From assembly GCA_963422365.1 (NCBI GenBank), contig OY729426.1:1440001-1504000 (forward strand): a DNA stretch of 64,000 bases, in the 5' to 3' direction. How positions within the stretch are numbered: position 1 is the stretch's first letter; every line of letters starts with the position of its first letter. The position numbers and the translations under genes were made by a program. Shown piece after piece: positions 41,565-50,886 of the stretch. Under the pieces are notes generated by a model that searched no databases, was not told the origin of the DNA, and saw only the letters and a list, made by a program, of their open reading frames with translations. The DNA is from Nitrospirales bacterium (GTDB lineage Bacteria; Nitrospirota; Nitrospiria; Nitrospirales; UBA8639).

Positions 41565-42803
41565 ATGGGACGGGATCTTCCGGTGTTGGAGCCCACGCTG
41601 GTACTGCAAGGCAAAGGGCACAGGGAAGTGTTGATCCGCGAAATGGATGCGGGGAAAATACCCTTGAGTCTAGGGAAGAAGTGTCCGGTCGAATGCTCCT
41701 TTTGCTACGAACTCGACCATTCCTACCGCGAAACCCAGGACCCGCCGAAAACCACGCAGGATGATTGGGAGTTTATCGTCAATTATATCAATGCCAAGCC
41801 TACGGACCCCATGCAATATTGGTGTTTGGGTGGCAATGAATATATGGAATGGACCGATCTGTTCCTCCACCCTAAGGCCATGGAATGGGTTGAAGATTTT
41901 CTGAAATACACCGATAAGAACATTCAATTTTTCACGGTGGGGTTTGTTCACGTGCCGAAGATTCATCAGTTGGCGGAACAATACCCTGGGCGGATCAATT
42001 TTGAATTGTCGGTCATTACCCTGAGCCAGTATCGACAACACATGATGCCGCACGCGCCGTCCGTCCGACATCTGATGAAAGTGCTGGACGGCCCTTCAGT
42101 GTCATCGGCCAATTTTTATGCGTTTGACGAACATACCATGTCCAAGGACGCGAAAGAGATTTCGAAAATCAATCATCAATGCGTGTTGTGGATGGGCTGC
42201 CTCACGCCCGTGGGCGGCCTCAAAGAAGAGACGGCCAATCTCATGCGGCAGGGGCGGAAGGCACTGGGCATTGAAGCCGAACGAATTTATGACGCCGGGT
42301 TGCCGAATCTTACCACGATTCATACCGAAGCCTACGTGACGGCTTTTCTCAATCGAAAGCGAATCGTGAGTGCGTTCGATGCCCTGGAATTAGAGAAAAA
42401 AGATACGGTCGTGATGGCCCAAAGCGTTCATAAGATTCTGAACCTGTATCGAAAGAACCGTGCGCGGTTCCTGTTTGTGCCGAATGCGACGCTCGGCGGT
42501 GATTCCGATTGTACCGTGCTGCTGACGTTTGAGGATATTCGCGAACGGCTGACCAATCAGAAGCGATTGCACGTACCCAAATGCGTGATGGAATCCGGAC
42601 GGGGGACGAATATGGATATCAAGGGAGTGACCCTGGGCGAATTTACGAAAAAGACCGGGGTCACGGTCAAGATCCTCCATAAACTCGATACCAAATTCGC
42701 CAATTCACGATTATATCGCAATGGAACCCTGCGAAATTTTGTCGAAGATTACGTTCGGAATCCCTGGGCTGCTCAATATGAAGCCTTACCCTGTCGTGCG
42801 TAA
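41565..42803 (+). CDS. Radical SAM protein with putative DUF512-like C-terminal domain
   Basis: CPVECSFC (CxxxCxxC) near the N-terminus; C-terminal VPNATLGGDSDCTVLLTFEDI...LHVP. Confidence 0.7.
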   Translation: MGRDLPVLEPTLVLQGKGHREVLIREMDAGKIPLSLGKKCPVECSFCYELDHSYRETQDPPKTTQDDWEFIVNYINAKPTDPMQYWCLGGNEYMEWTDLFLHPKAMEWVEDFLKYTDKNIQFFTVGFVHVPKIHQLAEQYPGRINFELSVITLSQYRQHMMPHAPSVRHLMKVLDGPSVSSANFYAFDEHTMSKDAKEISKINHQCVLWMGCLTPVGGLKEETANLMRQGRKALGIEAERIYDAGLPNLTTIHTEAYVTAFLNRKRIVSAFDALELEKKDTVVMAQSVHKILNLYRKNRARFLFVPNATLGGDSDCTVLLTFEDIRERLTNQKRLHVPKCVMESGRGTNMDIKGVTLGEFTKKTGVTVKILHKLDTKFANSRLYRNGTLRNFVEDYVRNPWAAQYEALPCRA

Positions 42804-42880
42804 CGTCATGACGGCCTGCATGGTTTCCTGTTCCCTGGTTCGACAAGGTCACCATTGACGTCGCTGCTGATTCCCTTCGT

Positions 42881-43813
42881 ATGACGACTCCTACCAGACA
42901 TCTGCAATTTTACAAGGCAGATGTCTTTGCGGAAGAGCCTTTTGGCGGCAATCCCGTCGCCGTGATTCCCGATGCAACGGATTTAACCGAGCGGGAATTC
43001 CAGCAGATTGCTCGTGAGATGAATCTCTCGGAGACCGTCTTTGTGGTGCCCCCGACGGATCCGGCTGCGATTGACAAACTTCGCATTTTTACCCCCACCC
43101 AAGAAATTCCTTTTGCCGGCCATCCGGTGATCGGCACCTTTTTCGTGCTCAGTTCCTTACAAAGATTTCCCTTGCAAGAACCGGTGACGCGATACCTCTT
43201 CGAATGCAATATCGGACTCTTCCCCGTCGAATTGTATGTGGTCGATGGGCGGGTTGATTGCGTCGTGATGTCCCAGCCGAAGCCACAATTTTTAGAAACG
43301 GTCGATGGCATTCAAGACCTCTACGAAGTCAGTCGGGCCTTAGGGATGAATAAGACCGCTATTGCGGAAACCCATCTGCCTATCGAAGTCGTGTCGACCG
43401 GCTTGCCGGTCGCTATCGTGCCGGTCCGAACCCTGACTGCCGTGAAATCGATTCGAGCCGACCTGACGGGCACGAAGGAAGTCTGCGACAAACTCGGCGC
43501 CAGTGGCATCATGGTGTTTACGATGATCACCGTTGAAGAATGGGCGCATGTACATACGCGCATGTTCGCGGCACCCATTGGGATATGGGAGGATCCGGCC
43601 ACGGGAAGCGCCAGTGGAGCGCTTGGTGCCTATCTCGTCAAAAACGGAGTCGTGGACGTCGGCCCGACCACTGAAGTGCTCATGGAACAAGGATATGAAA
43701 TCGATCGGCCGTCGCGTATTACCGTCCAGGTGTTCTCCGATGATGATGTCATTCAAGAGATCAAGGTGGGAGGACAGGCCGTGATGGTGGCGGAAGGGAA
43801 GCTTCTGTTCTAG
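42881..43813 (+). CDS. PhzF-family isomerase/epimerase
   Basis: DVFAEEPFGGNP, EMNLSETVF, RIFTPTQEIPFAGHP, EDPATGSA and EQGYEIDRPS. Confidence 0.92.
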   Translation: MTTPTRHLQFYKADVFAEEPFGGNPVAVIPDATDLTEREFQQIAREMNLSETVFVVPPTDPAAIDKLRIFTPTQEIPFAGHPVIGTFFVLSSLQRFPLQEPVTRYLFECNIGLFPVELYVVDGRVDCVVMSQPKPQFLETVDGIQDLYEVSRALGMNKTAIAETHLPIEVVSTGLPVAIVPVRTLTAVKSIRADLTGTKEVCDKLGASGIMVFTMITVEEWAHVHTRMFAAPIGIWEDPATGSASGALGAYLVKNGVVDVGPTTEVLMEQGYEIDRPSRITVQVFSDDDVIQEIKVGGQAVMVAEGKLLF

Positions 43814-43830
43814 AGGCGTACCGTCTGTCC

Positions 43831-44328
43831 ATGAAAGCCGTCACCTTTCATCAACACGGCATTCTGGAACAGCTTACGTTTGAAGACGTTCCGCTCCCTA
43901 TCCTCAAAGCCGGGGAAGTCCTGGTACGGGTCAAAGCCTGCGCGCTCAATCATTTGGATATTTGGGTCCGTCAGGGGATACCCAATCTCCCAATTACGCT
44001 TCCGCATATTTCCGGGTGCGACGTGAGTGGCGTGGTTGAACGGATCGTAGAGGGCACGGACGTGCCTTATCCGAGCGGGCAACCCGTTGTCGTTGCTCCG
44101 GGCATCAGTTGTTGGCAATGCGAGTCTTGCCTGGTAGGGAAGGATAATTTCTGCCCGACGTACCATCTCGTGGGTGCCGGGGTTCACGGGGGCTATGCGG
44201 AATACGTCAAGGTCCCCGCGAGAAAGCTTCTGCCGATGCCTCCCGGGTTGACCTTTGAGCAAGCCGCAGCCTACTCCGGCCCTCTCCCACAAGGGGCGAG
44301 GGGGTACGGAAAATTTCCTCTCCCTTGA
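43831..44328 (+). pseudogene. Truncated zinc-binding alcohol dehydrogenase/MDR-family gene
   Basis: GroES domain (ALNHLD, PHISGCD, CWQCESC...C) ends at TFEQAAA and runs into a palindromic element; the NAD-binding half is missing. Confidence 0.8.
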
Positions 44329-44457
44329 TGAGAGAGGATAAAGGTGAGGGTGATGAGTCTTGTGGTGAGTAGGTTGGATTAGCGTAGCGTAATCCGACAC
44401 GGGCTGGCATCGTCACACCACGAGGCTGTCAGGTTACGCTTCGCTAACCTGACCTAC
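44272..44457. repeat. Cluster of REP-like palindromic elements
   Basis: CCCTCTCCCACAAGGGGCGAGGG, CCTCTCCCTTGATGAGAGAGG, and an inverted GTAG pair: GTAGGTTGGATTAGCGTAGCGTAATCCGACA (44369-44399) and TGTCAGGTTACGCTTCGCTAACCTGACCTAC (44427-44457). Confidence 0.8.
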
Positions 44458-44500
44458 GAGCAACTGTATGAGGGATTCCCACCGATTTCGCCATCAATCA

Positions 44501-44797
44501 TCATTGGGCAGTCGAAGCCGACGCGTGAAGTCGGAGGCCTAGGGCACGCATGACCTTGAGCACGGTGGCGAATTCCGGGTTGCCGTCTGGTGACAGCGCC
44601 TTGTACAGGCTTTCCCTACCCAAACCGACTTCGGTGGCGACCTTCGTCATCCCCTCGGCTCTTGCAATGTCGCCCAACGCAGCCGCTATAAGTCCAGCGT
44701 CGCCGTCTTCAAAAGCCGCTTCAAGATAGAGAGCCACATCTTTCTTGGTCTCTAGGTAATCCGCCGCGTCCCACGGCCGGGTCTGTCTCTTTGCCAT
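44501..44797 (-). CDS. Addiction-module antidote protein (HI1420-like HTH antitoxin)
   Basis: WDAADYL...YLEAA...ALGDIARAEGMTKVA...GRESLYKALSPDGNPEFATVLKV. Confidence 0.9.
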   Translation of the reverse strand: MAKRQTRPWDAADYLETKKDVALYLEAAFEDGDAGLIAAALGDIARAEGMTKVATEVGLGRESLYKALSPDGNPEFATVLKVMRALGLRLHASASTAQ

Positions 44798-44806
44798 TGT
44801 CGCCTC

Positions 44807-45089
44807 TTATAGGTCGCGCGCCAGATTGCGCGCCTTTTCGATGTCCTGATCCTGGGTACTCTTATCGCCACCAGGTAGCAAAAACGCCCAAAATTGCCCT
44901 CGCTGTAAGAAGTAAACGCGATAGCCAGGCCCAGTCGATGCGAAGCTCCGAGACGCCCTCCCCAACCGTTCGAATGTTTCAGGGGTTGCCCAATGACAGC
45001 CGCCTGATACGCGCCTTTGCCTGTTTGTCCCGAAGCTTCCCGAACCATCGGTCATACACATCGGTTTGGCGAACCTCAAGGATTACCAA
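44807..45089 (-). pseudogene. Addiction-module killer (HI1419-like RelE toxin) pseudogene
   Basis: EVRQTDVYDRWFGKLRDKQAKARIRRLSLGNP*NIRTVGEGVSELRID then frameshifts to GPGYRVYF...LLPGGDKSTQDQDIEKA. Confidence 0.85.
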
Positions 45090-45160
45090 TTGTATTCTAT
45101 AAGATACGAACAGGCAAGTGCTGTCATCAACACATAAGTGGAAGGAACATTGAGGGAACG

Positions 45161-45709
45161 TTATTTGCGCATTTCCCCGACGATGTGGGGAAGTTCAGGA
45201 AGGATCAGCGCCTCCATGGCCAATCGAACCGCTCCACTCGAACCGGGAATCGAGAAAATCACTTTTCCTTGATAAAGCCCGGCCGTGGCACGGCTCAGCA
45301 TCGCGGACGAGCCGATATCCTTGTAGGACAAGGAGCGAAAGATTTCACCAAACCCCATCAATCGCTTTTCCAAGACGCCATCGACAGCTTCAAACGTGGA
45401 GTCACGCTGGGAAATGCCAGTACCTCCATTGATGATCAGGGCTTCGAGCCCAGGAGTCTCTCCTAATTGTTGGACAAGCGTCCGAACTGAAACCGGCTCA
45501 TCTTTCACCACGTGATAGGCGCTGATTCGATGGCCTTCTTGTGTGAGTAACTCTCGAATGAGTTGCCCGCTTGTATCGGTTTCCGGGGTCCGCGTATCGC
45601 TACAGGTAATAATGCCGCACTCAATGGAAACGGGTCCTCGGGCTTTGTGTTCGGCAGGGGGGAGATGATGCCCGGATTCGTGCGTGTGAGGGCCGTCATG
45701 CGCAGACAT
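45161..45709 (-). CDS. MogA/MoaB-family molybdenum cofactor biosynthesis protein
   Basis: ITCSD, DTSG, VKDE, NGGTGISQRD, GFGEIFR, MLSRA and PGSSGAV. Confidence 0.92.
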   Translation of the reverse strand: MSAHDGPHTHESGHHLPPAEHKARGPVSIECGIITCSDTRTPETDTSGQLIRELLTQEGHRISAYHVVKDEPVSVRTLVQQLGETPGLEALIINGGTGISQRDSTFEAVDGVLEKRLMGFGEIFRSLSYKDIGSSAMLSRATAGLYQGKVIFSIPGSSGAVRLAMEALILPELPHIVGEMRK

Positions 45710-45736
45710 GATGAGAAGAACCTGATTGAAGAATTC

Positions 45737-46063
45737 CTACGTCCAAATTGAATCGGGATTGCATTGAGCAACCGGAGTTCCCTTTTTGATATGTTCATCG
45801 AGGATCAAGGGCACGTGTTCTTCTTTGACTTGGGAGTACCAAATGCCATCCGGGTACACAACCACGGTGGGGCCTTGCTCACAGGGCCCGAGGCAGGAGC
45901 TTCCGGTCACGAGAACTTCTCCCGGTTGAATCCCCCGTTCCATCAGACTCATGTTGAGATTCATTAAAATATTTTGAGAGCCCGCTCCGCCACACGAGGG
46001 TTTAGGGTGGCCTGGCGGTCTGGTGTTGGTACACACGACAATATGATATTTCGGCTTAGGCAT
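45737..46063 (-). CDS. Thioredoxin-like [2Fe-2S] ferredoxin
   Basis: HIVVCTN...SC...SCLGPCEQGPTVVVYPDGIWY. Confidence 0.9.
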   Translation of the reverse strand: MPKPKYHIVVCTNTRPPGHPKPSCGGAGSQNILMNLNMSLMERGIQPGEVLVTGSSCLGPCEQGPTVVVYPDGIWYSQVKEEHVPLILDEHIKKGTPVAQCNPDSIWT

Positions 46064-46160
46064 GACGACTCCTTTCGGTATTCAGGGCGTATGAAGGTGA
46101 GCAAAATATGATGGATTGAACAACTTGAACAAAGCCATTGACCGTGCGTCGACTCGAGGA

Positions 46161-46607
46161 TTATTGCTGAGGTCGAAACAGTTCCCACATGTCGAGACAT
46201 TCTTCCGGCAATTCCCAGTGCGTGATTCCTTTCCTGACGAAATTCAAGTAGTCATCCTTGACGCGGAATTTACCAATGGGATTGGCCGCATGGGTGATGA
46301 CCAATTTTTTTTGATCGTCTTCCGTCATCACCGTGACTTCAAGGTGCCGGAATGCCCCTTCAGGGACTTCCCCCTCAAAGGCATCAAAGATCTTCAAGTC
46401 TTCCTCAGTGAAGTCAAACACCGCCCCCCACACGCGTTCTCCTAGTGATGGGGTGATGCTGGCTAAGCCACATCGCCATTGTGAGGAAAAGCGCGGGAAG
46501 TGAATAGCGTGGTCCGGAAGATAGCCTTTGAATAAAAACGTGTGTTCAGGGGCTCGCCTTTTCAACTGGGTCGGATGAAGATTATCGGCATAAATAAAGA
46601 CTCGCAT
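46161..46607 (-). CDS. Gamma-glutamylcyclotransferase-fold protein
   Basis: VFIYADNL, GLASI, VWGAVF and FDAFEG. Confidence 0.75.
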   Translation of the reverse strand: MRVFIYADNLHPTQLKRRAPEHTFLFKGYLPDHAIHFPRFSSQWRCGLASITPSLGERVWGAVFDFTEEDLKIFDAFEGEVPEGAFRHLEVTVMTEDDQKKLVITHAANPIGKFRVKDDYLNFVRKGITHWELPEECLDMWELFRPQQ

Positions 46608-46711
46608 GTGTGACTGGCCTCGTGTCTGCTAGGGGTGTGTTGCTAAACACACCTTTCTATCATAACGGACTCTTTGCTTGTCAAGATCGAGACCGAAGGA
46701 TACGGATTGGG

Positions 46712-47488
46712 TTAGGGACGTTGGCGCAGAAATGCCAAAATTCTGTCCAGCCCCATTCGAAGGAGATTCTCTCCGGTATGGGACGCTTGATTTTCCTTGA
46801 CATGCCTGTCCGCCCAATCCATGGCAATGGGGAGGGGAATCAATTTCGCCGGGCCTTCAGTGATCTTCGCCCACATGAGGCTTAAGACCGTTCCAATGCG
46901 AAACGGTACGGATAAGGCTTGGATGGAATTCTGTGCGATGTCCTGACACAATTCAGCGGGGGACGTCACAAGAAGTTCTCGGCACGCCGCGGGTCGAAAC
47001 TCATAGATGCTGCACATGTCATCTTCTAGAAAGGGACAGGGTAAGCGCTTGGCGTAATAGGCCTGGTTGATGGGCTCCATATCCTCGTCGGACAACTGTG
47101 TGCGGGTTTCGGATAATTGCACAAGCCGGCTAAGAAGTCCGTCCTCATGTAACGTGTTCTGCATAGCCGAAAAGCGCTGACGAATTCGTTCTCGTTGGCA
47201 CGCAGGCAGTTGCTCGACCTTTTCCTTGAGCGCGAATGCCTCTGGAGGAGCAACGGGCACTAGCATCCGGCAACAGGCAGCACATCCTTTGTGACAGGAA
47301 AGCGTCTGCCCTGCCTGTTGATGGTTTTCTTCTTCAAGTTTGAGGGCTTGTTCTCCCAAGGACCGCATCAAGGGGACAATGTCGGACACCGGAATAAAAC
47401 TTGTGGGCACGGCAATCTCGGCGTGGAGTTCGCCGGCGGGAGTGGGGAGAGCAAGGCGAAAGGTGTCGAGAGTGTGCAGCGAATGCAT
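46712..47488 (-). CDS. YkgJ-family CxxCxxCC cysteine-cluster protein
   Basis: CHKGCAACC, CPFL and CSIYEFRPAACR. Confidence 0.88.
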   Translation of the reverse strand: MHSLHTLDTFRLALPTPAGELHAEIAVPTSFIPVSDIVPLMRSLGEQALKLEEENHQQAGQTLSCHKGCAACCRMLVPVAPPEAFALKEKVEQLPACQRERIRQRFSAMQNTLHEDGLLSRLVQLSETRTQLSDEDMEPINQAYYAKRLPCPFLEDDMCSIYEFRPAACRELLVTSPAELCQDIAQNSIQALSVPFRIGTVLSLMWAKITEGPAKLIPLPIAMDWADRHVKENQASHTGENLLRMGLDRILAFLRQRP

Positions 47489-48790
47489 GGAACCCTTCTC
47501 CGGCAGGGGAGCCGGTCGTGGACGTGGAGATGCTCACCATAGGGCAATGGGCCGGCTGGTCGCAAGGCGGGTGCTGAACGGACTTGCCCTGAGGATGTTC
47601 TGGGACCGCACGGCACTCGTATCCGGATCTGCACGAGCCGATCTCCTAGCCTGTTCGCCCCGACGGGCCGCTGGACGACTGACCGGCGTTCAACCTGTTC
47701 CAGGGGATTCTTGCCTGGCGACGACGGGAGACATTACAAGTCCGATCCTCTCTCTTTCGCTAGAGACCCTGAGGGGCTGCCTGCCCATGCGGGCGTTCTT
47801 CACGGTTCGTCCCGAAGGAGCAGAGGGCTGGCGAACAGGAGGTGCGCGTGGATGTCCATGACCGGAGTTGATCACCAAATTGGCAACGACACCAGTACGA
47901 CCCAAGCATCAGCGTGGTCGGCAATGCGACCAACGGCACGGTCACGATTGCCGCGACGATGCTACCGGTGAGGCTGCCGGGACGAGCCGGGGAAGGCGGC
48001 GGAAGACGAGACGTTCGACTTTGGCCACAAGGATCAGACAAGGGTTGACGTGGACGTGACCACTGCCGATGCCTCCTACTAGGTCACGCTCTGCCTCCCG
48101 CTGAGCACGGCATCATGCTGTACGACGACTTGCGCTGGTAGTGTGCTGACCGACGAGATGACTTCGCTGAACAAGGAAGGGTTCTTTTCCATGATAATGT
48201 TGTTTAACGCTCTCAAGGCTGCAGCCACTGCCTGTCCTTTCTGTCGAGCGTTCGGCTGTCGATACACTTTCGGGTTTTTGCTGGACTTTGTCATGCTTCG
48301 TCATCAGGTTTTGATCAATATTACACCAAGCAAGACTTTTCTTATACGTGATTTTACCGCTCATTATGTAGCTACATGGTCAGGTAATAAAATACGAAAT
48401 GGGGCCAAAGGCCTAGCCAAAAAATCCTGTATAGGCCTTCTTTGTAAAGAGGTGGGTCTTCTTTTTTGTTGCCTTCTTCTATGGTTCGGTCTTATGATAA
48501 GAGGGTCTCTGTTTTGCTCTGGATGACAATTGGGATGCTCTGCTGAATAATAAAGGCCATCGTCGTCCTATCAGGGGAATTGGGGGGCAGGAGGATCATT
48601 GGATTTGCGTAGGTCTTTATTGAGTGGACCCCTCTACGTGAATGTTGCTAAAATCTACCAGAAATACTAGAAAGAGAACGTCAGAAGGATAAGAACAAGG
48701 AATGGTTGAAAATTTTTGTGCAAATTGTTGAGAACCCCCGTGGGCTAAGTTACTAACTTAATAAATACGTATCAAGAAGGAGGGTCTGCG

Positions 48791-49681
48791 ATGAGCCTCG
48801 ATTATGTCAAGTTTACACCAGGCTTTGGAAAGTTCATGCCTAAAGAATATCGGGATATGGTGGAGCATGGTCCATTTGGAAAAAAAACAGCAGTGTCTCA
48901 AGTGGGAACCTTTAAGGAGATTTTAGAAGAACATCCGATGTGTGCAGGATGTGCCATGACCCTCTTTATTCGTTTGGCTATCATTGCTTTTCCAAATCCG
49001 GAAGATACCATCACGGTTGGGACGGCGGGTTGTGGCCGGCTGGCGATCTCGCAAGCAGCCATCCCATTCGTGTATGGCAATTATGGGGATCAGAATGGGG
49101 TCGCCAGTGGATTGACCCGTGGCCTTCGTCTGCGTTTCGGTGATAAACCAAAGGATGTTGTCGTGATGGCGGGGGATGGCGGGATGGCTGATATTGGTTT
49201 TGCCCAAACCTTGCACTCGTGGTTCAGGAAAGAAAAGTTCACCACCATTATGTTGGACAATGAAGTCTATGGGAACACCGGCGGCCAAGAAAGTGGGATG
49301 ACGAACCGGAATCAAGTGTTGAAAATGGCACCACTCGGTAAGAAGTTTGAGAAAATGGATATGTTGGGTATGGCAAAAGTTGCTGGTTGTGCGTATGTGG
49401 CGACGGTGGTCCCCAATAACCCACGGCGAGTCGAGAGTGTGATCAAAAAAGCCGTGTTGGTCGCGAGAGAAATCGGCCCCAGCTACATCCAGGCCTACAC
49501 GTCCTGTAATATCGAATACGCGATTCCAACGGACAAGGTGATGGAAGACGCCAAAACCGTTGAGACCGACCGCTACAAATTTTCGGAATATATTACGGAT
49601 GAAGCCAAGGAGTATTTATCCCAGTTATATGGGTACAAAGAATATCTCCAGAAGCCCGCGGCTGTCGTAGAAAAGCAGTAA
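48791..49681 (+). CDS. Five-subunit 2-oxoacid:ferredoxin oxidoreductase (Por/For type), beta subunit (TPP-binding)
   Basis: CAGC, GTAGC and GDGG...DNEVYGNTGGQ. Confidence 0.92.
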   Translation: MSLDYVKFTPGFGKFMPKEYRDMVEHGPFGKKTAVSQVGTFKEILEEHPMCAGCAMTLFIRLAIIAFPNPEDTITVGTAGCGRLAISQAAIPFVYGNYGDQNGVASGLTRGLRLRFGDKPKDVVVMAGDGGMADIGFAQTLHSWFRKEKFTTIMLDNEVYGNTGGQESGMTNRNQVLKMAPLGKKFEKMDMLGMAKVAGCAYVATVVPNNPRRVESVIKKAVLVAREIGPSYIQAYTSCNIEYAIPTDKVMEDAKTVETDRYKFSEYITDEAKEYLSQLYGYKEYLQKPAAVVEKQ

Positions 49682-49742
49682 GTGTTGTCGACTGAAGGAG
49701 AAAGGATTGGTGCGTACGTGACGAAAGAGGAGGGTGAAGATC

Positions 49743-50447
49743 ATGGCGATTCGTTATAACATTCGTATGGCAGGAGTCGGAGGGCAAGGGGTCGTCACGG
49801 CCTCTCATATCTTTAGTACAGGGGTGATTAATGCCGGCGGAGAAAGTACCATTGTGCCTTTTTATGGTTCCGAAAAGCGAATGGCGCCAGTGGAAAGTTA
49901 TGTGCGGGTCTCTGATGAACCGATTTATGAAATCGGCGAAATCACGTTTCCTCATATTATCATGATCTTTCACCCGCAGGTGATTACCCACGGGAAAAGC
50001 TACACGAATCCATTTTACTTCGGATTGAAAAAGGAAGGGATTGCCTTGATCAACCACGATGGGCCCATGAAACTCGAGGCTGACCAGGAGCGTGAACTCG
50101 CCGAACTGAATGCCAAACTGTTCTATTTGCCCGCAACGACACTTTCGCTTGATGTTGCCGGAATTGACTTAGCCACGAATATGGCCATGGTAGGAGCCAT
50201 GGGCGCCATTACGAGCCTTACGGATATGGAAGCCTTGGCGCAAGCGGTGAAAGATCGATTCCTCGGAAAAGGATTTGTGGTGTCTGGAGGAACGGCAGCC
50301 TTAGATAGTGTGGTCGAGAGGAAGTTCAAGAAGAAACAGGAATTGATCGATAAAAACCTGGCAGTGGTCCAAGCGGCTTGGGAATACGCCATAGAACACG
50401 ACTGGGTTCAAGAGAAACGGGCATCCACCACGCCAGCCATGGCGTAA
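49743..50447 (+). CDS. 2-oxoacid:ferredoxin oxidoreductase gamma subunit
   Basis: IRMAGVGGQGVVTA, YGSEKRMAPV and NMAMVGA. Confidence 0.92.
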   Translation: MAIRYNIRMAGVGGQGVVTASHIFSTGVINAGGESTIVPFYGSEKRMAPVESYVRVSDEPIYEIGEITFPHIIMIFHPQVITHGKSYTNPFYFGLKKEGIALINHDGPMKLEADQERELAELNAKLFYLPATTLSLDVAGIDLATNMAMVGAMGAITSLTDMEALAQAVKDRFLGKGFVVSGGTAALDSVVERKFKKKQELIDKNLAVVQAAWEYAIEHDWVQEKRASTTPAMA

Positions 50448-50473
50448 TGCTTTAACCGACGAGAGAGGCCTGT

Positions 50474-50803
50474 ATGTATTTAGTTGCGAATATCGATACC
50501 GAAATTTGTGCAGCCACAAGTTGCAAGTTGTGTACGCAATATTGTCCTGAGGCCAATACCATCTTATATGACAATGCGGCTGGTGAGGATAAAGGGTTCA
50601 AATATGGAGCCGCCTATGTTGCCGTGGACCGCTGCAAGGGATGTGCGCAGTGCGTCTGGGTTTGTGACAACATGGCCAAGCACAATGCCATAAAAATGGA
50701 AATGATTGATCAAATTGGTGACACAGCCCTGACGGAGAATGTGACCTATGGTGAAAAAACCAGCCATGCGCTCTTAGCCAATCCCGTTCGGGGGCAAATG
50801 TGA
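50474..50803 (+). CDS. Ferredoxin-like (epsilon) subunit of the oxidoreductase
   Basis: CAATSCKLCTQYCP and CKGCAQCVWVC. Confidence 0.85.
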   Translation: MYLVANIDTEICAATSCKLCTQYCPEANTILYDNAAGEDKGFKYGAAYVAVDRCKGCAQCVWVCDNMAKHNAIKMEMIDQIGDTALTENVTYGEKTSHALLANPVRGQM

Positions 50804-50886
50804 GGGATTGTGTCTGAGGTCACAAGGACAGTATTCGTCTCAACCACAGAAAAACCGAGTGACTAAAAACGGAGTGGAGGCCATAA

